A stretch of DNA of 64,000 nt from Promethearchaeota archaeon (GCA_016840165.1 JAEOSU010000080.1:150036-214035); one strand, 5' to 3'; counted from the first letter of the stretch, positions 40,480-51,704 are shown. Notes: generated by a model from the sequence alone, not told the origin. Program-made: numbers and translations.

Positions 40480-42195
40480 ATGAATATAAAGTTTTCCATT
40501 CACTGGTTAGAAGATATTATCAATGAGATTATGGATAGAAAAGTTTCTAGAATTACTTTATCTACAGGAAAAACACCTTCAGGCCATGTTCACATAGGAA
40601 TATTAAGAGAGATTCTTATTTGTGATGCTTTAAGAAGATTATTAGAAAAGAAAGATAAAATTGTAAGATCATTACTTTTTTTAGATTCTCTTGATGCAGC
40701 AAAGAGATTTCCTGATTATATTAAAAAAGGCTTTCAAGATGAACATTTAGGAAAACCATTCTCATATATTCCTTGTCCATATAAAGAATGTGGTTGTGAG
40801 AGCTACGCTCATCATTTTGGTCAAGAATTAATATCCACTTTTGATGATTTTGGAATAAAAAATCAGATAATATGGTCTCATGAATTATATTCTAAAAAAG
40901 AGATGCAAGATAAAATTAAAACAGCATTAGAAAAAACTGAACAAATTAAAGACATTTTAAAAAAATATATACTCCCTACACTCGATGATCAAAGAAAAAA
41001 AGAATTTCTAAAATCGCAAGAAACTTGGATGCCTGCTATGGTAATATGTGAAAAATGTAACAGAATTCAGTTTAAATCAAGAGATGGGTCAATTTTACCG
41101 AATAGGGTTTTAGAATATATAAAAAAGGAGGAAAGTGTCAAATATGAATGCCAATCATGTAATTTCAAGTCAAAAATCTCAATTTATAGTGGAAGACTTA
41201 AACTAAATTGGCGCGTTGATTGGCCTGCAAAATGGGCCTTGTTTAAAACAACTTGCGAACCAGCAGGAAAGGATCATGCTGTAAAAGGTGGTGCTTATGA
41301 CACCGGATTAGAATTATGTCAGAAAATATATGACTATAAGGGCCCCATAAGAGTAGCTTATGAATGGTTACGATTAGGAGAACGCGATATGAAAACATCC
41401 AAGGGAATTGTATTTACACCGAAAAGATATTTAGAGTTAGCAGATCCGAATATCTATAGAATGTTAATTTTAAGGACAAATCCTATGAAGCATATCGCGT
41501 TAAGAATTGAAGAACTACCTCAATATCATGACCAATATGACAAATTAGAGAACATTTATTATGGTTATGAATCTACTGATACAGAAGAAGAAATTGCATT
41601 TTCAAAATATTTGTATCCATTAACAAAAGGAGAAAATGTCACAGAGGAAAAACCCTTAAAAATCCCTTTTAATTTATTAATTTTTTTATCCCAAATTCAA
41701 AATATTTTACCTCTTGAGAAACTATATCAAAAGGCAAATCTAGTTATTAATGATGAAAGATTTGAAAATGTTTACACGTTAAATGATTTCAAGTGGCTTT
41801 TAGATAGAACATTAAACTGGGTTAATTATGTTAAAACCATTATAAAAGAGGAAAAAGATCCAAAAGTAAAAAAAAATATTATGAATAAAGTTACACTTTT
41901 TAATATTCCCGAAGTAATAGATACATCTATTCTAGAAAAGTTGAATTATACTCAAATTAATGGATTAAATATGCTAAGAAATTATCTAATCAATATTGAA
42001 AAATACTCAGCAGATGAGATACAAAATAAAATCTTCCAAATTGCCAAAGAAAAGTTAAAAATAAAGCCAAAAAATCTTTTTGAAGCAATTTATTTAATCA
42101 TTCTGGGTAAGAAGTTTGGACCACGTTTAGGACCATTCTTATCGATATTGGATAGAGATTGGTTATTAGATCGTTTGGATTTAAAAAAGAATTAA
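40480..42195 (+). CDS. lysS: Lysine--tRNA ligase, class I
   Basis: PSGHVHIG, WRVDWP, GKDH, MKTSKG, GPRLG. Confidence 0.97.
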   Translation: MNIKFSIHWLEDIINEIMDRKVSRITLSTGKTPSGHVHIGILREILICDALRRLLEKKDKIVRSLLFLDSLDAAKRFPDYIKKGFQDEHLGKPFSYIPCPYKECGCESYAHHFGQELISTFDDFGIKNQIIWSHELYSKKEMQDKIKTALEKTEQIKDILKKYILPTLDDQRKKEFLKSQETWMPAMVICEKCNRIQFKSRDGSILPNRVLEYIKKEESVKYECQSCNFKSKISIYSGRLKLNWRVDWPAKWALFKTTCEPAGKDHAVKGGAYDTGLELCQKIYDYKGPIRVAYEWLRLGERDMKTSKGIVFTPKRYLELADPNIYRMLILRTNPMKHIALRIEELPQYHDQYDKLENIYYGYESTDTEEEIAFSKYLYPLTKGENVTEEKPLKIPFNLLIFLSQIQNILPLEKLYQKANLVINDERFENVYTLNDFKWLLDRTLNWVNYVKTIIKEEKDPKVKKNIMNKVTLFNIPEVIDTSILEKLNYTQINGLNMLRNYLINIEKYSADEIQNKIFQIAKEKLKIKPKNLFEAIYLIILGKKFGPRLGPFLSILDRDWLLDRLDLKKN

Positions 42196-42220
42196 AAGAC
42201 TTTTTATAATTTATTCTTCA

Positions 42221-42415
42221 TTAAGAATCTACTTGGGGTTTTTTTGATTTTCTAAATCTTCGATACCATTTTCTATCTTTTTTATCTTTTATTTTTTCAT
42301 AGCAATTTGAACAGTAGTTATATGCTTCCTCAATCATTTCACCACATCGTTTACAATGCTTATGAGGATAAATGTCTTCCTCTGCGATTTTTTTATATCT
42401 TTCAAATTTGCTCAA
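42221..42415 (-). CDS. DUF2116-like Zn-ribbon protein
   Basis: PHKHCKRCG...YCSNC. Confidence 0.75.
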   Translation of the reverse strand: MSKFERYKKIAEEDIYPHKHCKRCGEMIEEAYNYCSNCYEKIKDKKDRKWYRRFRKSKKPQVDS

Positions 42416-42461
42416 AATTATTTGCTCTTTCTAATTTTATGATAATTAAGTCTTTGATTAG

Positions 42462-43754
42462 TTATAACTTTTTCACTCCATATGAATCAATTACAACCTT
42501 GAAAAATTGAGCATTCTTTAGCTCTTCTCTTAATATTAAAGGATAATTAGGAAATTTTGATTTAAAGGTATTCTTATCCTTAATTACGTCATTCAATTTT
42601 TTCTGCCATATCTTATGAACATCATTAATTTTCTTTGGATTAACAAGAGCGAAAACAGATCCACCTCCACCTGCTCCAGTTAATTTTACAGCATAGACTT
42701 CAGGCTCATTAATTATTAACTCTATTAAGAAATTATTAGCTAATCCTATTCCATGTTTAAATCCCGCATGATACATAACATTATTCATAATATCTGTATT
42801 TTTTTGAAATAAGTCACCTAATAATTTCCAATCATGATTCATTAAAGCGAATCGAGATTTCCATGATATATCTGCTAGTTCTGAATATCTTTTAATGATT
42901 AATTTTTCCTTTTCCAAATATAATTTTCTTAATTTCTCATGAACTGATCCGCTATCATGCGATATCCCAGAATAGCATATTATTACAGGTAATTGTTTTA
43001 TTTTATATATTCTATCAATCCTATCGCATACTGCAAGAGGTTCAGATCCAATTTTCCGCTGATTCAGCTTTCCCACATAGGATATGAAACAAAGTCCCCC
43101 CCTACTGATTATATATCGATCAGAATATCCTGCTACGATTTTTAAGTCTATTTGTTCTACTTTTGCTGCAATTTCAGCAAGGGTGTCCTTATTAATAGGA
43201 AAATTATTTTCTCTCAAGTCGGAATTTTTTTGTATTAAATCAAAAAATTGAGTAAAAGCATAAAGAAAAGCTATAATGATTGAAGCACTCCCTCCTAATC
43301 CACTCTGTTTTGGAATTGTAGTTATAATACCGATTTCAATATTCTGAGCTAGGAGAGCATCTTTATAATATATATTAGTCTGAAATAAGCGATAGACAGT
43401 AGCATAAAATAATAAAAATTCAGAATTTCTATGATTAGATAAGTTGTCAATTTGCTTTACGAGATCTTCTTCACATTCTAATATAAATTTGTATTTATTT
43501 TGAATTACTTTTACATTATATTTTGATATTTTACTCTTTGAATGGGTTTTTTTAATGTAAACAAACGTAGATAAAGGATTCACGATGCCATTAATTGCAA
43601 CAGAAGGCATCCAAAAATCCGCTTCAACAGCATCTAAGGGGTTAATTAAGTTTATCCTTGATGGTGATTGAACAATAATATCTGGCTTTAATCCTTTAAT
43701 AAAATCTTTTATTGCATCTAACAAATTAACCATGTTTAATTTTGAGTAAGTCAC
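42462..43754 (-). CDS. GHMP-family sugar kinase
   Basis: PKQSGLGGS; KLTGAGGGG. Confidence 0.9.
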   Translation of the reverse strand: MTYSKLNMVNLLDAIKDFIKGLKPDIIVQSPSRINLINPLDAVEADFWMPSVAINGIVNPLSTFVYIKKTHSKSKISKYNVKVIQNKYKFILECEEDLVKQIDNLSNHRNSEFLLFYATVYRLFQTNIYYKDALLAQNIEIGIITTIPKQSGLGGSASIIIAFLYAFTQFFDLIQKNSDLRENNFPINKDTLAEIAAKVEQIDLKIVAGYSDRYIISRGGLCFISYVGKLNQRKIGSEPLAVCDRIDRIYKIKQLPVIICYSGISHDSGSVHEKLRKLYLEKEKLIIKRYSELADISWKSRFALMNHDWKLLGDLFQKNTDIMNNVMYHAGFKHGIGLANNFLIELIINEPEVYAVKLTGAGGGGSVFALVNPKKINDVHKIWQKKLNDVIKDKNTFKSKFPNYPLILREELKNAQFFKVVIDSYGVKKL

Positions 43755-43898
43755 ATAAAATTATTGGCAATAAAAATTTTATTTCAATTTTAAATCAAGA
43801 TTTACTAATTCTTTTGTAATAATTAATCCAGGATCTCATTTGTTCTAATATCTTTTAAAAATATATAAGTTTTTAAAGCTGTCATAAGAAATATTGAG

Positions 43899-45020
43899 GT
43901 GGTAAATAAAAAGGGAAAGTTTAGATTGTTATCATATTTAGTAGACTCTAATTTAATTTATTACAAGAGTGTGAATAAGAAAAAGAAAATTCTAGGATTT
44001 GCTTTATTTGAACTCTCAGGTGATTTTTATATTGATAAGATTCTTCAAAACTTTGTAAAAAGAGGTTTAATATTATTTTATTCAATTGAAATTAACATTA
44101 TTACTCCTGATAAAGTAATTTACATTTTGTGTATAAATCATAATAATAAAAGTGAGATTTTTAAAATTTTTAATTTAATCTCCTATAAACTTCATCAAGT
44201 GGACCCATCAATATTAATTCTTAAAGATAATAAATTAGAAAAGGAATTTCTGAAAATAATATCTTTAGATACTAATAAAAATTACTTAATGAGCGATATT
44301 ATCGGATCAATAAGAGTGAAAAATGAGTCTTCGATAATAACCTTGGATTTTTATCTGATGAATTTAGATAAAGTGCCTGAACCTAATGAAATTATATTTC
44401 AGTTTATGGATTATATTAAAAGTATAAAGAGGTTTGGATATTTGATCTTCAATTTTCAACTAATTAATAATAACATTTCTGCTAATATTTATTATATTGA
44501 TTTTATCAATGAAAATGATATTCAAAACTCCAATTTAGAGTCTAATGTTAATGATTTTTTTGGTTTTGAGTTAATCAATAAAGTCAAACTTAAAATGAAA
44601 AACATTTTTTATCCTCTTTGGCGTTTTAGATTAACTAAAACCAACTCTAACTTCCAATATATTTCTAAAATCCTTAACCGTACACAATATTATAACCAAA
44701 AAAATTTATCAAAATTTATTTTGGAATTTAAACAATTAATGGAGGTTAATGGAATAGAATTTAATCAATTCAGTCAAAATTTATTTTTTGTTGAGCAATC
44801 TACCCTAGTCATTATTTTAGTTAATAGACATTTCAAGTATCTAATGAATATCATAAAAAAGTTCCGCTCAAAATATCAGCTTTTAGTAATATTACTAAAT
44901 AATAAGGATTACGATGATCTCATTAAATTGGATAAAATTAACTCCATACCTAATCTGAAAATAATTAACTATGAGAAGTTTTGCCAATTTGATATAAAAA
45001 ATCTAAAAATAAACGAATAA
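43899..45020 (+). CDS. Hypothetical protein
   Basis: 373-aa ORF, no motif recognised. Confidence 0.65.
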   Translation: MVNKKGKFRLLSYLVDSNLIYYKSVNKKKKILGFALFELSGDFYIDKILQNFVKRGLILFYSIEINIITPDKVIYILCINHNNKSEIFKIFNLISYKLHQVDPSILILKDNKLEKEFLKIISLDTNKNYLMSDIIGSIRVKNESSIITLDFYLMNLDKVPEPNEIIFQFMDYIKSIKRFGYLIFNFQLINNNISANIYYIDFINENDIQNSNLESNVNDFFGFELINKVKLKMKNIFYPLWRFRLTKTNSNFQYISKILNRTQYYNQKNLSKFILEFKQLMEVNGIEFNQFSQNLFFVEQSTLVIILVNRHFKYLMNIIKKFRSKYQLLVILLNNKDYDDLIKLDKINSIPNLKIINYEKFCQFDIKNLKINE

Positions 45021-45284
45021 TTAAAAAATACCTAAATCTATGGCAATATCTTGAGCAGAATAATCCGGATGTAATTTTATAAAAGCTTTTTTCTCCCCCT
45101 TAGGTGTAATGAGAGAATTAACTTTTATTACTTTAACATTATGAATTTTTTCTATAGCTCGTTTAATTTCCCTTTTATTCGCCGATTTGTCAACTATGAA
45201 TACTAGTTTGTTTTGTTGCTCAATTAAATCAAAAGTCTTTTCAGTAATAAGAGGTCTTTTAATAATTTTATAAAAGCTTTCCAT
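45021..45284 (-). CDS. rpl23: 50S ribosomal protein L23
   Basis: [18 protein letters not shown]. Confidence 0.97.
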   Translation of the reverse strand: MESFYKIIKRPLITEKTFDLIEQQNKLVFIVDKSANKREIKRAIEKIHNVKVIKVNSLITPKGEKKAFIKLHPDYSAQDIAIDLGIF

Positions 45285-46073
45285 CTACATGCTCACCTCT
45301 ATATTATTTAATTCATCAAATGCAGATTGGCTCCATAGAATTAATCTGCCAATTGAACCACCTGGTGCTAGCATATTAATGGATATATTATTGTATTTGA
45401 TGATATCGATTCCAGGTATATTCCTTACTGCTTTAGTGATCCCAAAATCTTCTTTGATTACAAATAGTACTCCTTTTTTCTTCTTGTACTTGCGCCCTCT
45501 TCTTTTGCCCTTTCCTGCTCTAATCTTTTTTGAGTCTTTACATTTTTTTATTTCAGGAGTTAATCCTAAATCAGAGAAAATTTTAAATGCCGCAGAGGTT
45601 TTTTTTACGGTTTGTATTTTATCATCAACAACAAGCGGAATCTCTGGTATGTTATCAATCATGTGACCTCGAGACTTAACCCAGGCAATATCTCCCGATG
45701 CAGAAATTGCAGATAATAAAGAATAATTATAAGATTTTTTATTAATTTTTTTCTTTAACACTTTTTCTGTCTTTATTGGATGTGAACGACGCCCTCCAAC
45801 TGCGAATGGTACTCTTCCAACATTTCGGGCAGTTGAGAAACCTGCTCCTTTAATTCTCGGGGCACGTGACATTCCATGTCCAGTTCCCCAGCTAGCTGCA
45901 GTGTTTCTTAAACCCGCTCTTTTATCTCTACCTTGAAGTTGTTTATTTCGACTTTCAAAGACTTCATTTGCTTTTTGAACAAGATCCTTACGAGGCTTTA
46001 TTTTAAAAACATTTGGTCTATCAAGTGTTCCTTTTTTTTTTCCATCCAGACTATAAACATTTACTTTTTCCAT
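45285..46073 (-). CDS. rpl4: 50S ribosomal protein L4
   Basis: SWGTG, GGRR.HP, RAGKGK.RGR, LAPGG. Confidence 0.98.
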   Translation of the reverse strand: MEKVNVYSLDGKKKGTLDRPNVFKIKPRKDLVQKANEVFESRNKQLQGRDKRAGLRNTAASWGTGHGMSRAPRIKGAGFSTARNVGRVPFAVGGRRSHPIKTEKVLKKKINKKSYNYSLLSAISASGDIAWVKSRGHMIDNIPEIPLVVDDKIQTVKKTSAAFKIFSDLGLTPEIKKCKDSKKIRAGKGKRRGRKYKKKKGVLFVIKEDFGITKAVRNIPGIDIIKYNNISINMLAPGGSIGRLILWSQSAFDELNNIEVSM

Positions 46074-46092
46074 TTAAAATACCTTTTGTTTA

Positions 46093-47118
46093 TTATTTCC
46101 TTTGTTGGCTTTCTCGACTGATAAATGTTATTTCTGGAGCAGAGGCGATAAAAGATTTAACTGGACGAATGGTTTTTCTAATTCTTATCAATCTCTTTTT
46201 AGGTCCGGGAAGTGATCCTAGAATAAGTAAATAATCCCCTTTAATCATACCATAACGTATAAATCCGCCTTTTGGATTTATTTCCTCTTCATTCTCACCT
46301 ATTAACATGATTCTTTTATGATATTCTGTTCTTTGGTGGTATCCAAGTTGTCCAGGTCTTGGAACTGTATATAATACTCTAGCTGGATGCCAAGGACCTA
46401 TACATGCAACTGCTCTTCGTATTTTACTATTTTTTCTTGGAAGAATTTTAATTCCAAATCTTTTCACTGGTCCTTGAAAGCCCTTTCCCTTACTAACAGC
46501 AATAATATCAATTAGTTCTCCCTGTGTCAAGACATCACGGGCTCTTATTTCTTTCCCTAATCGTTCTAATGCATAGCTGAGTGTATCAAAAGGATCTCCC
46601 GAAGAATTCAGCTTTATTTCAATGATATCTGGTTTTTTTCTAGCAATTGATATCAAATAAGGTTGTGTTTGGAAAATTCCTCGTATTTCACTTTTTTTAT
46701 TTAAGGAACCTGTAATTGATTCTTTTATCTCATCAAAATTATAATTTTCAGGGTTGGGTGTTGAAATCTTACGTTTTAAGTTATTGTTAAATTCATTTGC
46801 ATAGAGTTCTCCTTGTACATATCGACCATATTCATCCTTATTATAAACACGGATTCCGATAAGAATTAATGGTGGTACCTCAACGATAGTGACAGGTTTC
46901 ATTAATTCTTTTCCATAGTAAGGACTATTTTTTTGATCTTCGATATATGTGATATGAGTCATACCTGCTTTAAAACCAGCAAAGCCTAAAAAGTTAATAT
47001 CTTCAGTGCTGTCTTTCCAATGTCTTATTCGACCTTTTTCTGATAGTGCTCTCTTTCTAGGTAGATATGCTAAGGAACCATGCCTTGGAGCATGCTTTTT
47101 GCGATGACCCATATCCAA
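46093..47118 (-). CDS. rpl3: 50S ribosomal protein L3
   Basis: PRHGSL, KAGMTH, KGKGFQG, GPWHP. Confidence 0.98.
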   Translation of the reverse strand: MDMGHRKKHAPRHGSLAYLPRKRALSEKGRIRHWKDSTEDINFLGFAGFKAGMTHITYIEDQKNSPYYGKELMKPVTIVEVPPLILIGIRVYNKDEYGRYVQGELYANEFNNNLKRKISTPNPENYNFDEIKESITGSLNKKSEIRGIFQTQPYLISIARKKPDIIEIKLNSSGDPFDTLSYALERLGKEIRARDVLTQGELIDIIAVSKGKGFQGPVKRFGIKILPRKNSKIRRAVACIGPWHPARVLYTVPRPGQLGYHQRTEYHKRIMLIGENEEEINPKGGFIRYGMIKGDYLLILGSLPGPKKRLIRIRKTIRPVKSFIASAPEITFISRESQQRK

Positions 47119-47243
47119 TCACTTATAATTTAAAAATTTAAATTATTCAAATTAAAAAAAGTTTTGTATTCATTCTTTAAATGATGGTTTGAATGGATAT
47201 TAAAAATTCGTTCTTTTTATCATTTAATTAAAATTAAAATAAT

Positions 47244-49430
47244 ATGTCGTTGAATTTAAAAAATCTCTACTATTTTGAAGAGAAAGAAAACTTTGAAGGA
47301 AAAAAGGAGAAAACCTTAATCCTTAATTGTAATAATTGTCCTGACAAAAATAACTCCTTTTCAGAGTATGAAAAATGTTTTGAATGCATCTTACAGAATT
47401 TCTATAAGAAAAGACACGATAAACTATCAAGTATATTCATTAAAAAATTCAAAATTACGATTAATGAACTAGCTTTAAAAAAATATCTGCAATATTTTAA
47501 GATTATAAATAAATTAAAAAAATATTGGAGAAAAATAGAATCTTTCAAAGATAAGTATTGTATCTATGAAGATTTCAATTGTAAATTATATAATAAGGAT
47601 GCCCCACTCCTTTCATTAACACCAAATGATTTTTTTAATCCTGTGTTTATTTTTAATTCAATTAAAGAAAAATATGAAAGAATTAAAAATATCGATATTA
47701 TTGATCCTACCTGTAAAAGATGTGTTTACAAAATTAAAAATATCTTAAATTTCATTATAAAAGATTTAATTAATTTAGATTTAATCAAGCAATTTAAGAA
47801 TACATTAAAAGGAGATATAGATTCAAATAAATTAAATAATATCTATCAAAAATTATTAGGAATTAATGAACAAGAATTCAATAATAGTGACAATGCTCCA
47901 TTAATAAAAAATCTTGAACCAAAAAAACTAATTGAAATTTACAAGATAGGAGATTATGGAATATTTGATGTTCACATTTATAAAATACCATTTGAATATG
48001 AAAAAAGATATTCTTTAAGATTCGCGATCGAAAGTGATACTCAGGATAGTTACATAAATAAACTCCTGAGAGACATTTCATCTAATATCCACATATTAGA
48101 ATTAAAGCAAACAATCTCATTAGAAAAATTGCTACAAATTTATGAAGCTAAAGCAACAGCATACATTAATACTAAATATAACTTTGATCAATTAATCTCA
48201 AAGAAAATAGCATTTCTAGCGAGTCTTCAAAAACTTAATCTATTGAAGATTTTTCCGTTATTAATTGATGATAATATCGAGGAGGTATTTTTAGATTCTC
48301 CCATCGATAGAATATATATAAATCATCAAAAATATGGAAGATGTAGAACTGATATTAATTTATCTTTTGATGAAATTGAAAGGATAAAAACTTTTTTAAG
48401 GCTATATAGTGGTAAAAGACTCGATTATTCAAATCCCTCATTGAAATATGTTTTAAAGAATAAATATTTTTATTGTAGATTCGCTGTTGATATAGATCCC
48501 ATCCATTCAAATAAATTTGGATTAGATATAAGGAAACTGAATAAAAATATATATACAATTCAAGACTTAATAAAAAAAGAATCTTTAAACCCTTTAATGG
48601 CAGCATTTTTATATTTTTGCATTTTACGTAGAATAAATCTTACAGTGACTGGTCAAACAGACACGGGTAAAACTACATTGATTAATGCATTAGATTTAAT
48701 AGCACCAAAAGAATATAGGAAAGTTTATGTTGAAGATATAACAGAATCTTTAAACGAATCAGAATTTGGAAGACATCAGATAAAATTTAAAGTAGATTCA
48801 ATCGAAAGTATGATTGAGAAAAAATTTTCAAAGCAAAATCAAATTAAAAATTTACTTCACCGTACTCCTGATATAATTTATTTAGGAGAGATACTTACTA
48901 AAGAAGAAGCGGAAGCAATGTTCCATTGTTTAGCTGCAGGTTTGAGTGGTTTTCAAACAATACATTCGAAGGATTTAAACTCATTAGTAAATCGTTTTCT
49001 GTATCATTTTAATATCAATGAATCCTGTTTGAATGACTTGGATTTGATAATATTTATGAAAAAATATCGTGAAGGGCGAAAAATTATCTCAATATCAGAA
49101 ATCTCTGATTATGCTCCAAATTCAAATAATATCAATAATATTTTATTTCTTTTTAATCCAAAAACTTCCAAATGGGATTTAAAATCAGATTTGTTTAAAA
49201 CGAGAACCATTAATCAATTAAAGATGGTAGAAGATCTGTCAGTTAATAGTTTTAATAATTATCTTTCAATTTATCAAGATATTTTTCAATTTCTTCTTAA
49301 TTCTGAGAAATTAGATAATCAAGAATTAGTTGCATTATTTGATAAAATAAATTATTTCTCTTTCAAATCATATACTGCTTTATATGATTATTGGCAAAAA
49401 TGGAAAAAGTATAGAGGTTTAAATCATTAA
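47244..49430 (+). CDS. Type II/IV secretion (CpaF/TadA/ArlI-like) ATPase with Cys-rich N-terminal extension
   Basis: LIDDNIEEV, DIRK, GQTDTGKT, VED, PDIIYLGEI, TIHS. Confidence 0.93.
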   Translation: MSLNLKNLYYFEEKENFEGKKEKTLILNCNNCPDKNNSFSEYEKCFECILQNFYKKRHDKLSSIFIKKFKITINELALKKYLQYFKIINKLKKYWRKIESFKDKYCIYEDFNCKLYNKDAPLLSLTPNDFFNPVFIFNSIKEKYERIKNIDIIDPTCKRCVYKIKNILNFIIKDLINLDLIKQFKNTLKGDIDSNKLNNIYQKLLGINEQEFNNSDNAPLIKNLEPKKLIEIYKIGDYGIFDVHIYKIPFEYEKRYSLRFAIESDTQDSYINKLLRDISSNIHILELKQTISLEKLLQIYEAKATAYINTKYNFDQLISKKIAFLASLQKLNLLKIFPLLIDDNIEEVFLDSPIDRIYINHQKYGRCRTDINLSFDEIERIKTFLRLYSGKRLDYSNPSLKYVLKNKYFYCRFAVDIDPIHSNKFGLDIRKLNKNIYTIQDLIKKESLNPLMAAFLYFCILRRINLTVTGQTDTGKTTLINALDLIAPKEYRKVYVEDITESLNESEFGRHQIKFKVDSIESMIEKKFSKQNQIKNLLHRTPDIIYLGEILTKEEAEAMFHCLAAGLSGFQTIHSKDLNSLVNRFLYHFNINESCLNDLDLIIFMKKYREGRKIISISEISDYAPNSNNINNILFLFNPKTSKWDLKSDLFKTRTINQLKMVEDLSVNSFNNYLSIYQDIFQFLLNSEKLDNQELVALFDKINYFSFKSYTALYDYWQKWKKYRGLNH

Positions 49431-49446
49431 CTCAAAAATTTAAAAT

Positions 49447-49860
49447 ATGACAAACTTAATTGAGAAGACATTATTAATTGGATTTGGAATCTTTATCGCT
49501 TCTATCTTTCTTACATTTTCAATCCCATTTTTTGGTCATATCTTTAATTATTATAATATTATTGAGGATGATTTGAATGATTATCTTAAAGTAATCAATG
49601 AAATTGATGACGGTATTCTGTACATCATTGATAATCCAAATCAAATTTATCAGAAGGAAATTCATTATCCTGATAATTTGAATATAACTCTTGATCATCA
49701 ATATATAAATTTTGAATATTATTTTCAAGGAGAGGTTTTTGATATTACTCTTAAGTATAATACTACCTTAAAATCTTGTAAATATTGTGAAATTGTAGCC
49801 CAATCTTATCTTTATCGAGTTTTTTTTGATGAAAATTTAATTAAAATTGAAATTATTTAG
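49447..49860 (+). CDS. Minor pilin-like protein lacking a class III leader
   Basis: TNLIEKTLLIGF parallels mature Flp GNLIEYALLIGF; lies between ATPase and platform genes. Confidence 0.65.
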   Translation: MTNLIEKTLLIGFGIFIASIFLTFSIPFFGHIFNYYNIIEDDLNDYLKVINEIDDGILYIIDNPNQIYQKEIHYPDNLNITLDHQYINFEYYFQGEVFDITLKYNTTLKSCKYCEIVAQSYLYRVFFDENLIKIEII

Positions 49861-51400
49861 TAATTTAAGCGATCTCATGAACCTTTTACCTAAATATCTC
49901 TGGATATGTAATAAAATTCATAATCTCTCTTTACCAAAAATTAAATTTAGAACTCTAAATACTCATTATAAAAAAATCTATCAAAAACATTACAATATTC
50001 ACGAGGAGGATATAAATAAGACAACTTTTTTAATCTTCTCGAGTGTATGGATAACTTCTATTCTAGTGGCTTTCTTATTCAATCTCAATTTTGCGATCAT
50101 TAGCTTAGGTTCTTTCATTTTTGCTCTTGCTTTATCATATGCATTCAATAGTTATCTCTTTAAAAAAATACTTAAAAATGAAATAAGAATGAATGCAATC
50201 CTTTATTTTATTAAGATTAATTTTTCAATCTTAAAGGAATCTTTAAGTAAGGATTCTGATTTTATTTTATCATTCATAAGCTTAATAAAAAACTATAAAA
50301 TACCAATTTCAAAAATATTTAATTCAGTTTTAATAAAGATTCACCAAGGATATAATCCAGAAAGGGAATTAAGTAAAATTATTACTCCTTCCGATGAATT
50401 TAACAATTATATAAAAAATTTCGTTCTTGGACCCACTTTAAATGATAGTCGCGTTCTTGAATTAGATTCTAACATGTTGGAGCATAGATTTAAGGTATAT
50501 TTACATCAGCTTGAAACTAGAATGAGTCTTATATTCTTTATTGGAGTATTCTTTCCTTTAGGCTTTTGCTTTTTGATTTTGTTTTATAAATCATTCATAA
50601 TTTTTTCCATCTTTTTTCTTCCTCTCTTTTTCTTTTTAATAAATGCTTTATTCAAGAAGCTTATAAGAAATGATGCTTTTCTTTTTGGTTTATTAGGCAG
50701 CTACAATAAATTTGAAAAAAGAAAATTTAATGAGTTTATTTATTTCCTTAAAAATTTCGCCATCCAACTTCAGGAAAATCTGTCACCTGAATCTGCTTTT
50801 ATCAATGCCTGCTTTAATACTAATATTGAATTAGATTTATTATCCACCCCTTTTAAAAATCAAATTTCTAATCTTTTAACTTTATCCACTACATTCGCAG
50901 AAATGATAGATCTGTTGAAACATCATATGAAATCTGTTCGTTATTATTTAATATTAGATATCATCAAAGAAATAGTAAGTAACAATGCTTTAAATTCATC
51001 TAAAAAAATTTTTGGTATTTTAAACATCATCTCTAATCATCAAAAACTTGAAAGGAAATTAGAGACCGTGATGAAAGGTGAAAAATTCAAAGTTTTTATG
51101 TTCCTTTTTTTATTACCTACTATTATTGGAGCAATCGGTGGAATGTTTCCTATTTTTACATTATTAATTGAAAATTTAAATTTAAAGGAAATGATGAATC
51201 CTCAAAATTTATTTGAAATAATTCTTTCATTTGATTTTATTATAATTTACCTAACATTATTCGCTTGCATTTTAATATCTTCATACTTTTTACTTAAAAC
51301 GATTAAATCTTCAAGAATTAATGCGTTTTTAACAGTAATTTTTATAGTTTATTCACTCCTATTCTTCTTATCATTTTACAGCGCCATAACCTTCTTATAA
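49847..51400 (+). CDS. TadB/TadC (T2SSF)-like membrane platform protein, duplicated domain
   Basis: Two repeats of TM + 'GYNPE' / 'NLSPE' cytoplasmic domain; follows ATPase. Confidence 0.7.
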   Translation: MKLFSNLSDLMNLLPKYLWICNKIHNLSLPKIKFRTLNTHYKKIYQKHYNIHEEDINKTTFLIFSSVWITSILVAFLFNLNFAIISLGSFIFALALSYAFNSYLFKKILKNEIRMNAILYFIKINFSILKESLSKDSDFILSFISLIKNYKIPISKIFNSVLIKIHQGYNPERELSKIITPSDEFNNYIKNFVLGPTLNDSRVLELDSNMLEHRFKVYLHQLETRMSLIFFIGVFFPLGFCFLILFYKSFIIFSIFFLPLFFFLINALFKKLIRNDAFLFGLLGSYNKFEKRKFNEFIYFLKNFAIQLQENLSPESAFINACFNTNIELDLLSTPFKNQISNLLTLSTTFAEMIDLLKHHMKSVRYYLILDIIKEIVSNNALNSSKKIFGILNIISNHQKLERKLETVMKGEKFKVFMFLFLLPTIIGAIGGMFPIFTLLIENLNLKEMMNPQNLFEIILSFDFIIIYLTLFACILISSYFLLKTIKSSRINAFLTVIFIVYSLLFFLSFYSAITFL

Positions 51401-51404
51401 ACTC

Positions 51405-51704
51405 TTAATTGAAAAGAAATACATAAATTAGCTCAATGAATAAAAATATACCTATAAAAGTGATTATCAATTTGCAGGAATATAAAATGTAACTGAACAT
51501 CAATCCATCTGAAAAAGGTAATATGTTTATTGAATTATTTAAGCTTTCAATTATGACAGAAAACGGAATTAACAGAAATAAAAACGCCAGAAACCCTATT
51601 AAAATAACCAATAAATCACTTGAAATAGTAGAATAAATAAAAATAAATAAGATACACATCATAATTGAAATTAATTCTATCAAAATGAGATTAAAATGAT
51701 ACAT
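51405..51704 (-). CDS. Small 3-TM protein
   Basis: Hydrophobic ORF. Confidence 0.5.
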   Translation of the reverse strand: MYHFNLILIELISIMMCILFIFIYSTISSDLLVILIGFLAFLFLLIPFSVIIESLNNSINILPFSDGLMFSYILYSCKLIITFIGIFLFIELIYVFLFN

